Source: Chara braunii
Lineage: Eukaryota > Plantae > Charophyceae
Assembly: GCA_003427395.1 (NCBI GenBank)
Contig: BFEA01000017.1
Location: forward strand, 4,587,908-4,651,907
Length of the DNA stretch: 64,000 nt
Reading direction: 5' to 3'
Shown here: positions 23,322-36,100 of the stretch, one piece after another
How positions within the stretch are numbered: the first letter of the stretch is position 1
Layout: each line of letters begins with the position of its first letter
The notes under the pieces: generated by a model
Seen by the model: the letters and a program-made list of their open reading frames with translations, nothing else
The model's database searches: none
What the model was told of the DNA's origin: nothing
Program-made: the position numbers and the translations under genes

Positions 23322-23525
23322 TAGGGATGATCGAAGGGATAAGATCGCCCTCCGTTCAGAAGATGTGTGACATGGAATTCTTCCGGATCGGCCGGATCGA
23401 AGATGTCTGAAACGAATTCTTGCGGGGGCAGCCGGATCAAAAATGTGTGACATCGAATTCTTCCGGACCGGGCGGATCGAAGGATCCGTTCCGATCGCGG
23501 AAGATCCGGGGATCCATTTCCCCCG
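23322..23525. repeat. hAT-type MITE remnant with about 40-bp internal repeats, in aquaporin intron 1
   Basis: Begins TAGGGATGA (Ac/Ds-like end). Three units resembling GAAGATGTGTGACATGGAATTCTTCCGGATCGGCCGGATC. Right TIR is unclear. Confidence 0.5.
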
Positions 23526-23998
23526 GTGCCCGCGTTTACCGCGTAAGGCACGAAAACGGACAAACGGATAATGCCGTGCACACACACATACACACCCTGC
23601 CCTACCGACGCACGTGCACGCACACACACACACACAGTTACACACACACACACACACACTCACACACGCTCACACACACCCACCCACTCACACCGACACT
23701 CACACACTCACACACTCACACACACAAACAGTCACACTCACACTCACACTCACACTCGCTCACACACTCACACAGTCACACACAGACACACACTCACACA
23801 GCCACGCAGATACAAAGGGAAGGAGAGACTCACTGACTTCAAGCCAAGGACACTCTTGACAGTTAATAGTACTTTTATGACTAAAAGGGAAAACTTTAAG
23901 GCGAACCAAACGCCAACGCAGAGGGCAAGCCACTTTCGAATCATTTCACGTCGAGTCATGTGAATTTGTTGTCGCTGGGGAAGTCCTCGAGCTCTCAC

Positions 23999-24134
23999 CT
24001 GAAACTATAACAGCACCACAGGAGATGAAATTGAAGATGAGTAGTCCCATAAATTCTGCCAATGCAGCTCGAATGGCCGAGACATTCTTAAATTCATCCA
24101 CCGATCCAATCTGAAAACAACGCTTTGCCGCCAT
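23999..24134 (-). CDS. Aquaporin (MIP family; TIP-like/HIP type), exon 1
   Basis: ATG at 24134 reads MAAKRCFQIGSVDEFKNVSAIRAALAEFMGLLIFNFISCGAVIVS, a TIP-like N-terminus with the AEF motif. GT donor (GTGAGA) at 23998. Exon is 136 nt, phase 1. Confidence 0.93.
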
Positions 24135-24141
24135 AGCGTTT

Positions 24142-24191
<50 letters not shown>

Positions 24192-25647
24192 ACAGAAGAA
24201 CCTCGTCCCTCTCACCGACGACAATTTCACTCTCTCGCCCTCCCACTGCTACAGTCTGCACCCTATTGCTACAACAATTGCTTCAGCAGCAGGAGAGACG
24301 GAAAGAAGAAAAAAAGAAAGAAAGAAGAAAGGAGGAAGAAGAAGAAGAAGAAGATCGGGGTGATCAAGCAGCGGATCAGATGCTGCTGGATCAGGAAAAA
24401 CTTCGTTCTGGACTACTACTACTACTACTACTACTACTACACTTACTACCACTGGCACTACTATTAGTACTACTTTTTAACAGTACTGCTAAATCGAAGT
24501 AGTCAGTCGAATCGCATGAGAGACACTTGTTTCTAGTACACTAGTACTACTATTGCTTCTACTTGGCGGACCAGGCAGTCACTCTCTCTCGCAGGACGAC
24601 TCGGAGCGAAGAGGAGAACGATGGGGCACACCACACTTGGACAATCGCGATGAGGGACTCCTTCTCTAACAAAAAACAGTCTACAGTGACCTTCCCCCAC
24701 TCCTTCTCTTAGACTAACAAAAGACAGTCTACGGTGACCTTCCCCCACCCCTCCTCCGACTACCGCCGACGCTACACTGATGAGACTCCTCGTTGCGGCC
24801 GCCAAAGCTACACTGATGAGACTCCACGTTGTTACATTACAGTATATATATTATTTCTCGGCAATATGAGTCCTGGGGGTTGTGGCTCCAGTTTCTTCGC
24901 GTGGGGCAGCCGCACGCGCTGGAAACCAGCACCGAAATCGGCCTATCCGTGCTGGAGGTTGCGGGCTTCGCTGTGCTACTCACCACACGCACAAAAGACA
25001 AAAGATATGGCGCTGTATCTTCACACGCACAAAAGACAAAAGATCTAGCGGAAGATTGATTCTCATTTTGTACATTTGGTGAGTAGCGGAGCTAGGCCCA
25101 CAGGAGCTGGGGACACGCTGCTCGCAGTGAGCCAGCTCTGCACAAGCGCGGGAGGATGGTTGCGTGCCGAGACGGCGCGTTCACCGCCAGTCTGGCGGGA
25201 ACTTTGATCACAGAATAGCGCGTCTGTAATNTTTCCCGCCATATCTGTTTTTTCCTTCTTTCCTTTTTGACAGGGTGAAAAAAAAAAAAAAAAAAAAAAA
25301 AAGAGAAGCCGTGACAGGCCCGTAGAGTTTCCTCAACGCTCTACGGTGGACGCCTTTGTTGAGACGTGTGCGGACAAGGCCTATGTGTTTCCGCGTCTTT
25401 TGTTTTTTGTTTTTCGTTTTGTAATTGCAATTTCAATTACCGACGGAACCGGACAAGGCCTATGTGTTTCCGCAACCGCACCTCTACCCAAACTCGTCCA
25501 CATTCAAGTGTTGAGGAAACTCAACACTGCCTGTGGGACTTGGCCCCGGGACAATTCAGAACTCCTTTTTTTTTCGTTTTTTGTTTTGTAATTGCAATTT
25601 CAATTACCAACGGAACCAAAGAGGCCGGGGTCCTCACAGTCTACCCG

Positions 25648-25813
25648 GGCCGAGGTCCCACTAGCAAAGAGGATAGGATCAAGCTCCTGCATCTGGATGT
25701 GTTTTATCCAGAGGTGCAGAAAAGCAGTTCAATCTCGATTTCCTGCACCTCTCCACAATCACGTCCAGATTCGGCCATTCGATCCGATGCTCTTTGCTAG
25801 TGGGACCTCGGCC
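25648..25813. mobile_element. 166-bp MITE, family A
   Basis: TIR GGCCGAGGTCCCACTAGCAAAGAG / CTCTTTGCTAGTGGGACCTCGGCC; flanks CCG/CAG. Confidence 0.85.
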
Positions 25814-26649
25814 CAGGAGATGGTAACTTCTGGGAGCATTACCCAGTTTCGCTTACGCTGGAGCCAGCCAAAGGAGACATTTCAGAACTCCATTCACAGG
25901 TCCATCAGGATTCAGAGTCCTTGTTTTTCAGGGCGCACTCACGGTTTGAGTTTGGAGATCCCGTTCGTAACACCATCTTTGCAGACCAGTCTGGGCCCGA
26001 GTTTCGAATGCAGTTGAAGAAACTCGGGTGAGCACAAAAGGTAACAGCCAATCCTGGGGCAGGCGAGCGCTAAGTGTGGCGCTATTTCGAGCGCTAATCG
26101 CAGCGCACGCTAACAGCGATTAGGAATCCGAAACGTCGGATTAATGGCACAGTGACGCGGCACTGCCTCGCTCGTTCGGCGAGCGGTCACCGTGGAGGAA
26201 GGGTGATGGGGGGCGATGTTGCATTGGCGGTGGTAAGGATTGGGCCGAGGGTGGGTAGCAGCAGGACTCTTGACGCAAGACAAGCAAGGGGTAGGGGTTA
26301 GGGCTCCCCTCGCCCAGCTAAGACTTCGGCTAGGGGTTAGGGCTCCCCTCGCAGGCTCGCACAAGGCATGGTCGGTTGTCTCGTGGAGAAGTCCGAATAG
26401 AAAATTGGGATTCGGCAGAGTCGGTGTAGTAGGCTCCCGTGGCCAGGAGAGGCACCTAAGTACGAGACACGGAAGGGAGTGGGCAGGCCCGTTGAGGCTG
26501 GGGCATGAGGAAGAGAGCTACCGTCTTCCCCCCCGGAACACAACGCACCCTCATTTTGGCTGCACCTGACCGGAAGATAGCAAGCGTACAGTTCATATCC
26601 GGGTGCGTTGTGTTCGGGGGAAGACGGTAGTCCCTACGAGGCGTTGACT

Positions 26650-27850
26650 GAGGCTTGAAGACTGAAGACGGCAGGTGTGGCTTGATGGAATTCAGGGCTT
26701 CGACAGCGTGGCCTTCGCAAAGAGAGAGTCTGACTCAGTATGAACCTGGCCTGGATAGGCCTTCTCTGGACCTCGGAATAGAGCCTATTATAGAGGTCCT
26801 AAGTCGCCGAGGAAGAAGACGGCCACAACTAACAGAGTTTTTGGGTAAGTCTTCTTCTCCCACCGAGAGGCACAACAGAAGTGAAAGTAGGAAATTTGAA
26901 GCGGCTGACACCTGCGTTCCCAAGAGAAGGTATATCCCTGCCCCGGCTGAAAGCTGCCTCGATACTGTGCTAGCCTTAGCCTTGTCCTTGTGTAGGCATG
27001 CTAGTATACCACGTGTGGACTTCAATTTGAGAATGGACTTTATTTTACTTACTCGGGTTTTGCCTTTTAGCTATGGAGTCTCCAGCCACTCGCCCCTCCC
27101 TGTCTTCCCCTCCCACGGATGAGGAAAGAGCACGCTTCTATGAAGTACTGAGAGGCAGTGAGAGCTTGGCCATGCTTCGTTGACGGAACACTTCCGTATA
27201 AGCTGGCCCCAAGCACAGTCACGAGGGGAGAGGATTTCATGAGGGTAGTAGTGGATCCGGAACTCTCTCGTATCCTGGCTGTCAGACTGGTTAAGGGAAA
27301 ACGGTCTCGGTATTTTCTGGTGATGAGTCCTCATGGCTCACCCCAGAAGTTAAGAGCAGATTGATTCGCATCTACGGATTTTTTTTTAATTTTTTTTTTT
27401 TGGGAGCATCTACGAAAATGGATGGGCGAGATCAGGGGAAACTGGAGCTACACCTAAAACAGGACTGTTAAAAAACGAAGGAAGAAATTTGATTACTTAT
27501 GTTGCTTCGGCCATAGAAACCGCGACCTGGATGCTCAAAAAATGGGAAGACAGGATATAACTTGAAGATAACATAAGGTAGTTTACTCTGTCTCGTGTAA
27601 ACCATGGATGCCTGAAAAACAACTAACTGAGTGGAGAGATCCGATGAAACAAAAATGCTTCGGATCAGATGTATTGGTGTGCCAGTCTCGGCCTTAGGCC
27701 CGTTGAAAGGAGCCTTTGAAGGCGCTTTCGGCTCAATTATCAAGGCAGACTCTATTCCCTTCAAAAATAAGCTAATCCCCAACCTACGAGATGTTCGTTC
27801 AGATCTTGCACCCTCAACAAAACTGAGGTAAAAACAGCGCCTCTTCGTCA
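26650..27850 (+). mobile_element. LINE ORF1-like remnant
   Basis: LRIRCIGVPVSALGPLKGAFEGAFGSII...LRDVRSDL resembles the ORF1 RRM segments of the other LINEs in this window. Confidence 0.5.
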
Positions 27851-28109
27851 GCCTAGGAGAATTCGGCTAGCGGAACAAAGGAGAAAAGACCCAAGGGTGG
27901 TGAAAAAAACCCTGCCCGGGTAAAGAAAGAGAAGGAGAAGGAGAGAGAAGGGGGAGAAAGGGGGGGAAAAGGAAAAGGAGGAGACAGAAAGGAAAGAGAG
28001 GGAGGAGGAGGAGAAGCTAGAGAAAGAGAGAGACAGAGAAAGGGAGAAGGAGAGAGCAAGAGAGAAAGAGAAAGAGAGAGAAAGGGAGAGGGAGAGAGAG
28101 AAGCAGAGG

Positions 28110-28111
<2 letters not shown>

Positions 28112-28192
<81 letters not shown>

Positions 28193-28193
28193 N

Positions 28194-28266
<73 letters not shown>
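28112..28266. repeat. (GA)n microsatellite within a purine-rich tract
   Basis: Directly visible. Other SSRs: (CT)n 18606-18675 and 24143-24189, (CA)n-rich 23580-23800, (CTA)n 24413-24440. Confidence 0.95.
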
Positions 28267-28271
<5 letters not shown>

Positions 28272-28280
28272 AAGGCACAG

Positions 28281-28602
28281 GCATTTCGTTAAAATTGACA
28301 TTTTTGACTATTTTCACGAAATTGATCTTCAAGAAAAGCAGAGTGACTGTCTTTTTTAGCATTTTTTTGTGCCGCGGCTGCCGCTCACATCAGACCATTG
28401 ATGGTCCCATCTGATCTGCCTCGATTTTTTTCCATTTCTTTTTCGACCCTCGGATGTATTTCGACGGTACTTTGTCTCTCAGATGTATTTTTACAGTACT
28501 TTATGTCGAGATACATTAGATGGTCCTGAGTCCCCAGGACGCCGGACCATCAATGGTCCAATTTTGCAAAAATAGTAAATGATGTCAATTTTAATGAAAT
28601 GC
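28281..28602. mobile_element. MITE with about 43-bp imperfect TIRs
   Basis: GCATTTCGTTAAAATTGACATT...AAATTG / CAATTT...ATGTCAATTTTAATGAAATGC; TSD CAG/CAG. A half copy lies at about 29541. Confidence 0.75.
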
Positions 28603-29657
28603 CAGGCATTGCCAGCTAAGGGAGGGAGAGAGAGAAGAAGGAAAGAGAATGAACGAGAGAAAGAGAGGGAGACAGAGCGGAGAGAGAAAGTGAGGGAGCA
28701 GGTGAGCAAGGGGAAGGGGAAAGAAAATGGAGTTGGGAAAGACAAGGAAAAGGGCAAGAAGGGGCCCCCAGAGACATCGAAAGAGAAAGCTAGCTGGAAA
28801 CTGGTTCGCAGAAAAGAGAAAGATGGGGGGTTTGGAAACGGGAAAAAGGTTGGGAACATATTCTGAACAACAAGTGGACTTAGTGCCAGTTAGTGGAGCC
28901 AGAAAACTGACAGGGAACATATAATACATATTTGCAGGGGAGTGCCCTTCTGGCCAACTCCAATTGTGTGGAGAAAAGATTTAACCGGATACCTCCTAGG
29001 CTCCTTTGTCTTCGGTCAAACCAAGTCGAAGAAGAAGAAAAGGGGAGAAAAGGGAAAAAAGAGTGTAGCATGCCTTTGTCGGGTTATACAGGTGATCCCG
29101 ATCGATCCGCAGTAGTGTCCTCCTTACATCCGCATTGCAGTAAGGGTCGTCCTCGTTTGCAATCAGAAAGGAAGAAAGGTTACTATGGTGGATCTATGTG
29201 AGGCTTGTACACAGGCAGTTGCCCACGCTCACTTTCAAAGTGGCAAAACTGGACTCCATGCAAGTCTCTACTCATTCTGCGCCAATCAGTCCCACCCCAA
29301 AACTGCAAGAGAATACTCGTAACGGCTCCAACCAAAATAATTGGCACCTTATGTAAATGGCGGTGTCCAACCGGCAGGGAGATATGGCGGAGCCAGTAAG
29401 TCCCCACAGCTGGCACCCCTGATGTCCCTGGTTGCCCACCCAGATGCCCGAGTGGACTGAGAAATCAACACGTGGCGCTTGCGCGCGGAAAGGAAAAAGG
29501 GCAACGACGATCTCACACACGTGTTAAGCGCGAGAACAACCATTTCGTCAAAATGGACATTTTTAATATTATCATAGTAATTGAGAAACTTTTTAAAAAT
29601 AGTTTTTTTAATTTTGGGTTAGCTAGGGCACAGTCACGAAAGCAGTTTGTAAATGCA

Positions 29658-30605
29658 TTTCGAACTGCCTCTTTGGAGTCCATTACCGTCCCAAGTTTCA
29701 ACTGCAGTTCAAACTCTTGACATGCACAAAAGTCGCAACGCCCAGTTTGCAACTGCAGTCCAGTCGGCATGTGGCGTTTTTGTTTTTTTTTTGTTTTGTT
29801 TTTTCTTTTATCTCAGCCGTGGCCGAGGCATCGCGGCCGTGGCCCAGCCACGCGACGAGATGCTCTCTCTCTTTCTTTCTTTTTTTTCTTTTTTTACCTC
29901 AGATGTGGCCGAGGCATTGCAGCCTTGGCCAGCCACGCGACGGGGCTGAGATTGAAAAAAAAGAGAGGGCCTTGCTCCACTATTCTTGACATGCACAAAA
30001 GACAAAAATCAGGGCGCTGTATCTTTCCATGTTCTAGCAGAAGATTCACTCTCGTTTTGCACATTTCGAGAGTAGTGAGAGTGAATCTTCCACTAGAACA
30101 TGGAAAGATGCATGGCCACGAGGCCCCAAGGATGACACGCATAGGTCCGGAACTCTGAGAAGGAAAAACAAAAGAGCAAAAAAAAAAGAAAAGAATCTGG
30201 GTCGTTGTCAGCACGTGTATCCCCTAGGGCCTCTGCCGCTCTGCGTTGTTGTCAGCCCGTGTATCCCGTTGGGCCCCTGTATCCCCCTTGCACAAAAGAC
30301 AAAAATCATGGCGCTGTATCTTTCCATGTTCTAGAGAAGATTCACTCTCGTTTTTGCACATTTCAAGATCAATCGTGGAAACTGAGAGTGAATCTTCTGC
30401 TAGAACATGGAAAGATACAGCGCAACGATCTTTTTTTTTATTTTATCTTGTTTCTTCTTTTTTGTTTTGGAAAACGGCCTGCCCCTCCGACGTGGATGAC
30501 TAGACTGCATTTACAAACTCTGCCCTGCGACAGCCACACTACGGAAGAGTTTGGCCTGCAGTGTAAACTTCAGAGGGGACTGGACTCCAAAACGGAAGTT
30601 TGAAA
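29658..30605. mobile_element. Nested fold-back/MITE cluster
   Basis: Outer inverted arms TTTGGAGTCC...CTGCAG..CAAACTCTT / AAGAGTTTG..CTGCAG...GGACTCCAAA enclose two palindromic units (30014-30112 and 30311-30423) with arms GCGCTGTATCTTTCCATGTTCTAG. A partial unit lies at about 24990-25075. Confidence 0.7.
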
Positions 30606-33089
30606 CGTATTTTCAAACTCTAACCCTTACCGGCGTTACCGCGTCCTAGTTTTCTCTTTAATTTTTTATCTTTTGAAGTTTTCTTTCTGGTTTTTAATTT
30701 TTAATTTGAACGTGGTTGGGAATTCGGGTATGACTCCCGGGACCTTGTCTCACTTGCACCGTTTAGTTGAGGCAGCTCAACGGCGCGACAGCTAAAAAAA
30801 ATCATGCTAATTCAATTTCAAATGAGAAATGCATTTATAAATGGCACAAATACAATTGTTCTCGTTTTTCTTTTTTCACAATTGGAGTGGCATATGGGCA
30901 CTTCCACAGCAGAAAATGAAGAGTTGCCAGAATCCCGTACAAAAATGGCAAACGGAAGGAGGCTCTTACAGTTTCTCTAAAAAAACGCCTTTTGGGGGAA
31001 AAAGAGGGTCGTTGAGCTAGCTGTAGACAGCTAGCTCAACAGAAAGTGGCGAGGGTAGGGGGAGTAGTATTCGAGAGAAAGGATTTACTTCTGCTTTTTG
31101 TTGTAAGAAAAAACAAAGATAGTCTCTATTGCCTTTTTTGTTAAAAACGGACCGCTAGATGACTTGGACGACGTGCATCTCCGTTGTCGCGTACAGTCAC
31201 ACATCGTCGAAAACCCAACGTTGACCTATCTCAACGGAGCTAGTGGGACAAGGTCCCTGGGCAAAATTTGTTTGTACTATTGTTCTGCACAACATACTTT
31301 TTTTTCCAGATATTTTGGAGTTTTGTTTGTTTTCTTGTTTTTTTGTTTGTTTTTTATGCACGATTTGGGATCGTACGCGTACGGGGTGCTACCCAGATTC
31401 TGTCTTTTGTCAGAACCATGATAGGGAAAGCCTTTGGCAAAGTTGTCAAAGAATATTACCCTATACAAGATGACATGATGCCCCACCTGGTGAACCTGGA
31501 ATTCGGAATGGACAAGAGGGCAGAGCAGAAATTCCAGGACTTGAGGGCAACTGTGAATGGAAACACCCTACTCCAACTCAATCTTAAAGTCGGTACAGAC
31601 ATTCTAGCAGCCTATCTGGTTGACAGTCTGACTCCATAGTGCATGTCCTGCAAATGGTACATGCATGAAAGAAAGGACTGTCATGACAATCCGGCCAACC
31701 ATGCTTTTCCAACCAACAGTCCCTCCCCACCCCCTCCCTCCCCCATTAGGAGAAGGGCGCAGGGGGAATAAGAATGGGGGAAGCGGGGGGAGCCTGAATG
31801 CACAACGATCTCCTACACAACAACAAACAGGGGGTTCTTTCGTAGTCCACGCCTGTGGTCCAGGACCCTCAGGGGTTCCATCCCAAAGATTGGGACTACA
31901 ACAAACAACATCAACCAGTACTTCATGTGCAGCCACAAACCAAATTCCCCCCGGACGGGGTACAACACAATCAGCAAGTGCCCCACCTCTTATGACTCTG
32001 CCAGTCTCCATTCCGACCTCTGCATCACAAGGCAGGCAAGGCCGCCTTATACCACCTAGCATTTTTGTCACTCCAACAGGGGGAAGTGCCATCCCACCAG
32101 CATCTCTTACAAGGGACGACAAAAGACAGAAAAGAACTCAGTCTTGTACCAACTGTGGACAAACGCACAATTGGGCAGACCAGCCTCTTTGTTATAAGGG
32201 GCAGGGGTAGGAATCCCTCCTATACAAAACGCCTCTCGCACTCCAAAGCTCGATATGGCCTACCCAACTCTCCTCGAGCCCCTGGGGTCGGTGCTACCAT
32301 GGTGATAGACTCAGTGGTGGTCTTACCATCCAAGTTCGCCCGCAGAGATAATGCTGCATATCATCAAGACTCTCGGGTTGTCCCTTCTCAGAGACACAAC
32401 CATGATGGAGGAATAGTTAACCGCCTAGCCTCCTCATTTGAGAATGTGAGCCTCGTCTAGGAAGAGATCTCCTTCACAGGGGGCGTGGGCCAAATCCCTC
32501 CACAACCAGCTTCTCATCAAGTTTTGGTAGGCATGGCCACCTTGTCCGAGGCCCAACAACAGCAAGGGGCTACCCACATTCTTTGCCCCCTGGTATTCAG
32601 GGCTGCAACACCCCAAGCTGAATGGTTGTCAATACAATGTTGAACGGACCCTCTTAAACTGACCTCATGAGAATTGGTTGACCCACCCACTTCAGCAATG
32701 ACACTATAACTGGTTCAACAATACCTTTGCAGCGGGCCTTCATCTGCCCTGGCCCACAGCCAGGGCCTATTTGGCTATTTGCCAGTTCGGCCTGTGGGAC
32801 CAGGCCGTGGCCTGACCCCACAGGCCGTGCGGTTATTCAGTCCAGTCCAGTCCTGCCCGGTACCACTGTCGGTACCAGTCCAGTCCAGTCCAGTGCAGTC
32901 AGTCCGTTGGGGGTATACCCCAGCTGCAGTTTGTTTTGTGACTCATTCTTCATTTGCACAGATTGGAGTACGTGCGTGTTGAGTCTGCGTTGGAGTTGCG
33001 CTGTCCCTTCCAGCTCCATCTCCATCTCCCCCATCCTCATCCCTTCGTCTTGATTCTGACGGACCGCCATCCCGGCGGGTCCGTCACAC

Positions 33090-33101
33090 TGGTATCAGAG
33101 C
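33090..33101 (+). promoter_or_regulatory. Primer-binding site for initiator tRNA-Met
   Basis: TGGTATCAGAGC lies 1 nt after the LTR end ...GTCACA. Confidence 0.92.
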
Positions 33102-36100
33102 AGGCTTTCCTCCCTGCTACTCTCCCCCACCCACCCCACCTATCAGTTGCCACACGGCTTGAGGAAAAAAANNNNNNNNNNAAAAAAAAAAAAAAAAAAC
33201 GCTCGCCACTTTTCTTTGGTAATGACACCGGTGCACTCTTTCGATCGTAACTTCTGCACCGGTGGTCCAACTTTATTGATCTCTAGCTTGTTGGAAAGCT
33301 CTCGATGAGCCGCTTCCAACAAGCTCTATCTTTCAAAGATAGCGATTTTTTTAAAAGCTCCCAAAAAACAAAAAAAATCACCCGCGCTCGTTTTTTCAAC
33401 GAGCGCTATTACTCTAGACAGTGGCTGATACTGCACCTTATCTCGTTGGAAGCGGCTTTCAAAAAGCTTTCCAACAAGACCTCTTTTGCCAAATTTCACC
33501 CAGCGTGTGAAAAGTAATTGGCAAAATAGTTTTTGCCCTCTACATCTCCTCTCTTGACCCGTGGCCATCTCCAAAAGTGCCACGTGGCAGTTTGCTGAGG
33601 ATTTTTTTCAAGACCCCCCTGGCTAGGGGGCTGCACTAAAGTGGAACTGGCTGGCTGATCAAGATCTCAGCCAACCCCAGATAATGTGCAACTGCAGTTC
33701 ATCACCACCTTGAAGACCCCTTCTCCCAAAGGGTGTGTGAAGGCTAAGATCTTGTGGATCTTGGTGAAGTTGTATGCTCTTGGTTACCCAAGAGCTGGGT
33801 ATCACCTCTCTCATCCCTAATCCACTCTCCCACTCCCTTTTCCCTCTCTCCCCTGTATCATCTGACCTTCTTTTTCTCTCACCACCACTCATCCATCACC
33901 TTTTCTCATTCCTCTCTCCACTTTTCTCATTTCTTTCTTCTCCCCACTAATCTCTCATCCCCTTCACTCTTTCTCCATCCACTACCATATTTTTACTCTC
34001 TCCTCTCCCAACCTCACTCTCCTTGCTTCTTTTCCCTACTTCTCTCCTCTCCTCCCCTTAATCTCTCATACCCTTCCCTCTTCACTCATCTCCCACCATC
34101 TTTTTCTCTCCTCTCTCTCCACTCACCTTCTTTTCCTAATCTCTCACTCTTTTCTTCACCTTTTCCATAGCTTTCTCTCTCATTCTCTCACCCTCCTCTC
34201 CTCCTTTCTTCCCCCAACTACAACCCCATCATCTCCCTCACCGACCACTTCAATCTTTTCTCTTTCCCACCTATTTTTCTCTTTTTTTCATCACTTTTTC
34301 ATCCCTCCCTCCCCCCTCACTTCGATTTTTTCTGTTTTTCTTCTTTTCTCTTTCTTTTTTATTTAAATTTTCTCCGTTCCTCCAAAAATTGGAATTATTT
34401 TCTTCCCTACTTCTTTTCTGATCTTTCTAATTTATTTTATTTTTCTTTATTTATTTTGAAAATTCAATTTTTTCTGCGGCACCTTAAAATCTGATTAGGA
34501 CTTAGCCATTCTTGCTTTCGGCACACATTTTGACCCCGTGGGGGTAACGAAGTGCTGCCGAAATTTGTGAAAAATGATCAAAAATCAAAAACTTGGTTAG
34601 TTTCTCTTCACTCTCCTCCACCTCCTTATTTATTTATCTATTTATTTATTTATTTACTTATTTTTCTGTAAATTTTAATTTGCGGCATTGTAAAAATTAG
34701 TGTGCTTCGCTTAGTCTCTCCTTTTTCTTTGCACATTTTGACCCCGTTGGGGTAAGAAAATACTGCCGAAATTTTCAAAAAAATAAATAAGTCCTCTTCC
34801 CTCGCTCTTTACATTTTATTTCTTTATTTATTTTTATTTCTTCTTTTATTTTATTTTTATCTCAGAATTTTATTGTTTATTTCATTTTCTTTCCCCCTCC
34901 CCTCCATATTATCTTTTTTTTTTATTAGGTCGCCGCTACCCTCCCCTAACCACCTAAACTCCGGTTAGGGTTTTCTTAGGGTTTTCTAGGGTTTAGGGTT
35001 CTCCTAACTCCCGCCCCCCTTCCTACTCTCCCGCCTCCTCCCGTCGGGCACCCTGGACCTGGACGGCTCCTCCCCCCTCGAGCGGTTCGGCGCCTTCGTC
35101 TCACGCGCGACCCGCAAAATCCGAGGCGAGCCGACTCACACATACTCACTCCGCTCCCACGGTCCCCTTCCTCTTACCAGTGGACCCCTTTCCCCACACA
35201 CCCCTCTGAGGACTACCTCCATTCCCCTTCCGGCCATGGAAGGGAGTTCATCCGAGGAGATCACCGCGGTGCAGTCCACACCCCTGTCAGCGCGCCGTCA
35301 ACGGCTCATGATCAGGCCCATGCGGATACCATGGACCTTCATACCGTCCTTATAGCAATCCAGGCACAACTTAGTACGCTTGGACCGTTGGAAGCGCAAA
35401 TCAATGCGCTAGCCCTCGACATCAACTGCCTCAAGGGCTCCCCTCATCGCTCTTCTCACCGCTCCCACACCCCATCCCCTACCGGCTCCGATTCCGGCTC
35501 CCCAGGACTCCGGAGACGGAGTCACCATAGTTCCCCCTCCTCTGCGGGCCAGGCCCAACACTCCCCCTCAGCGGTGGCGGGTGCTGCTGCCGCTTAGACC
35601 ACCCCGTCTGTTGCGGCAGTTCTTCCGGCCACGGCCGCCTCTACGTCTCTACTACTGTCGTAGGTGCTGCGGTCCAGGTACCGTCTTCTGGCCCAGCAGT
35701 TTCATCGACCCACACCGGTGTTGCTTCCCAGCTTCCCGCTCCGGTCGCGGCAATACGGCTCCGCCCTCTTCTTCCTGCCTTCGTCCCCCCGCCCCCACAG
35801 CAGGGTACCGCCCAGGCTGGGATTCCTCCTCCCACTGGGAGACCCGCTCCGCCCCCTCCACCTCCGACCTCGCGCACCCAGCGAGTGGCCACTTTACAGG
35901 CCACCATTGCGTAGGCTCAGGCGGAGATTCTCGCTCTGAGACAGCCTCACCCATCACCGGCTGCCCACCCTTCTTCCTGTACCACCCCTTCGGTCCCCAT
36001 GATGCAAGCTCGTTTCCCTCGACATGCTCCTCAGCCTCTTCCCTCCTACCTGGCTATTCTGGGACAGCTGCCCGCGGCCGTTGCCTCCTCGTCCGCTGGT

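Noticed and set aside
24772-24830. CTGATGAG twice (also at about 44246), resembling a hammerhead ribozyme core
   Set aside because: No GAAA follows a stem II, and no closing stems are visible.
34963-35000. Interstitial telomere
   Set aside because: Only a few imperfect TAGGGTT units inside a retrotransposon leader; better read as telo-boxes.
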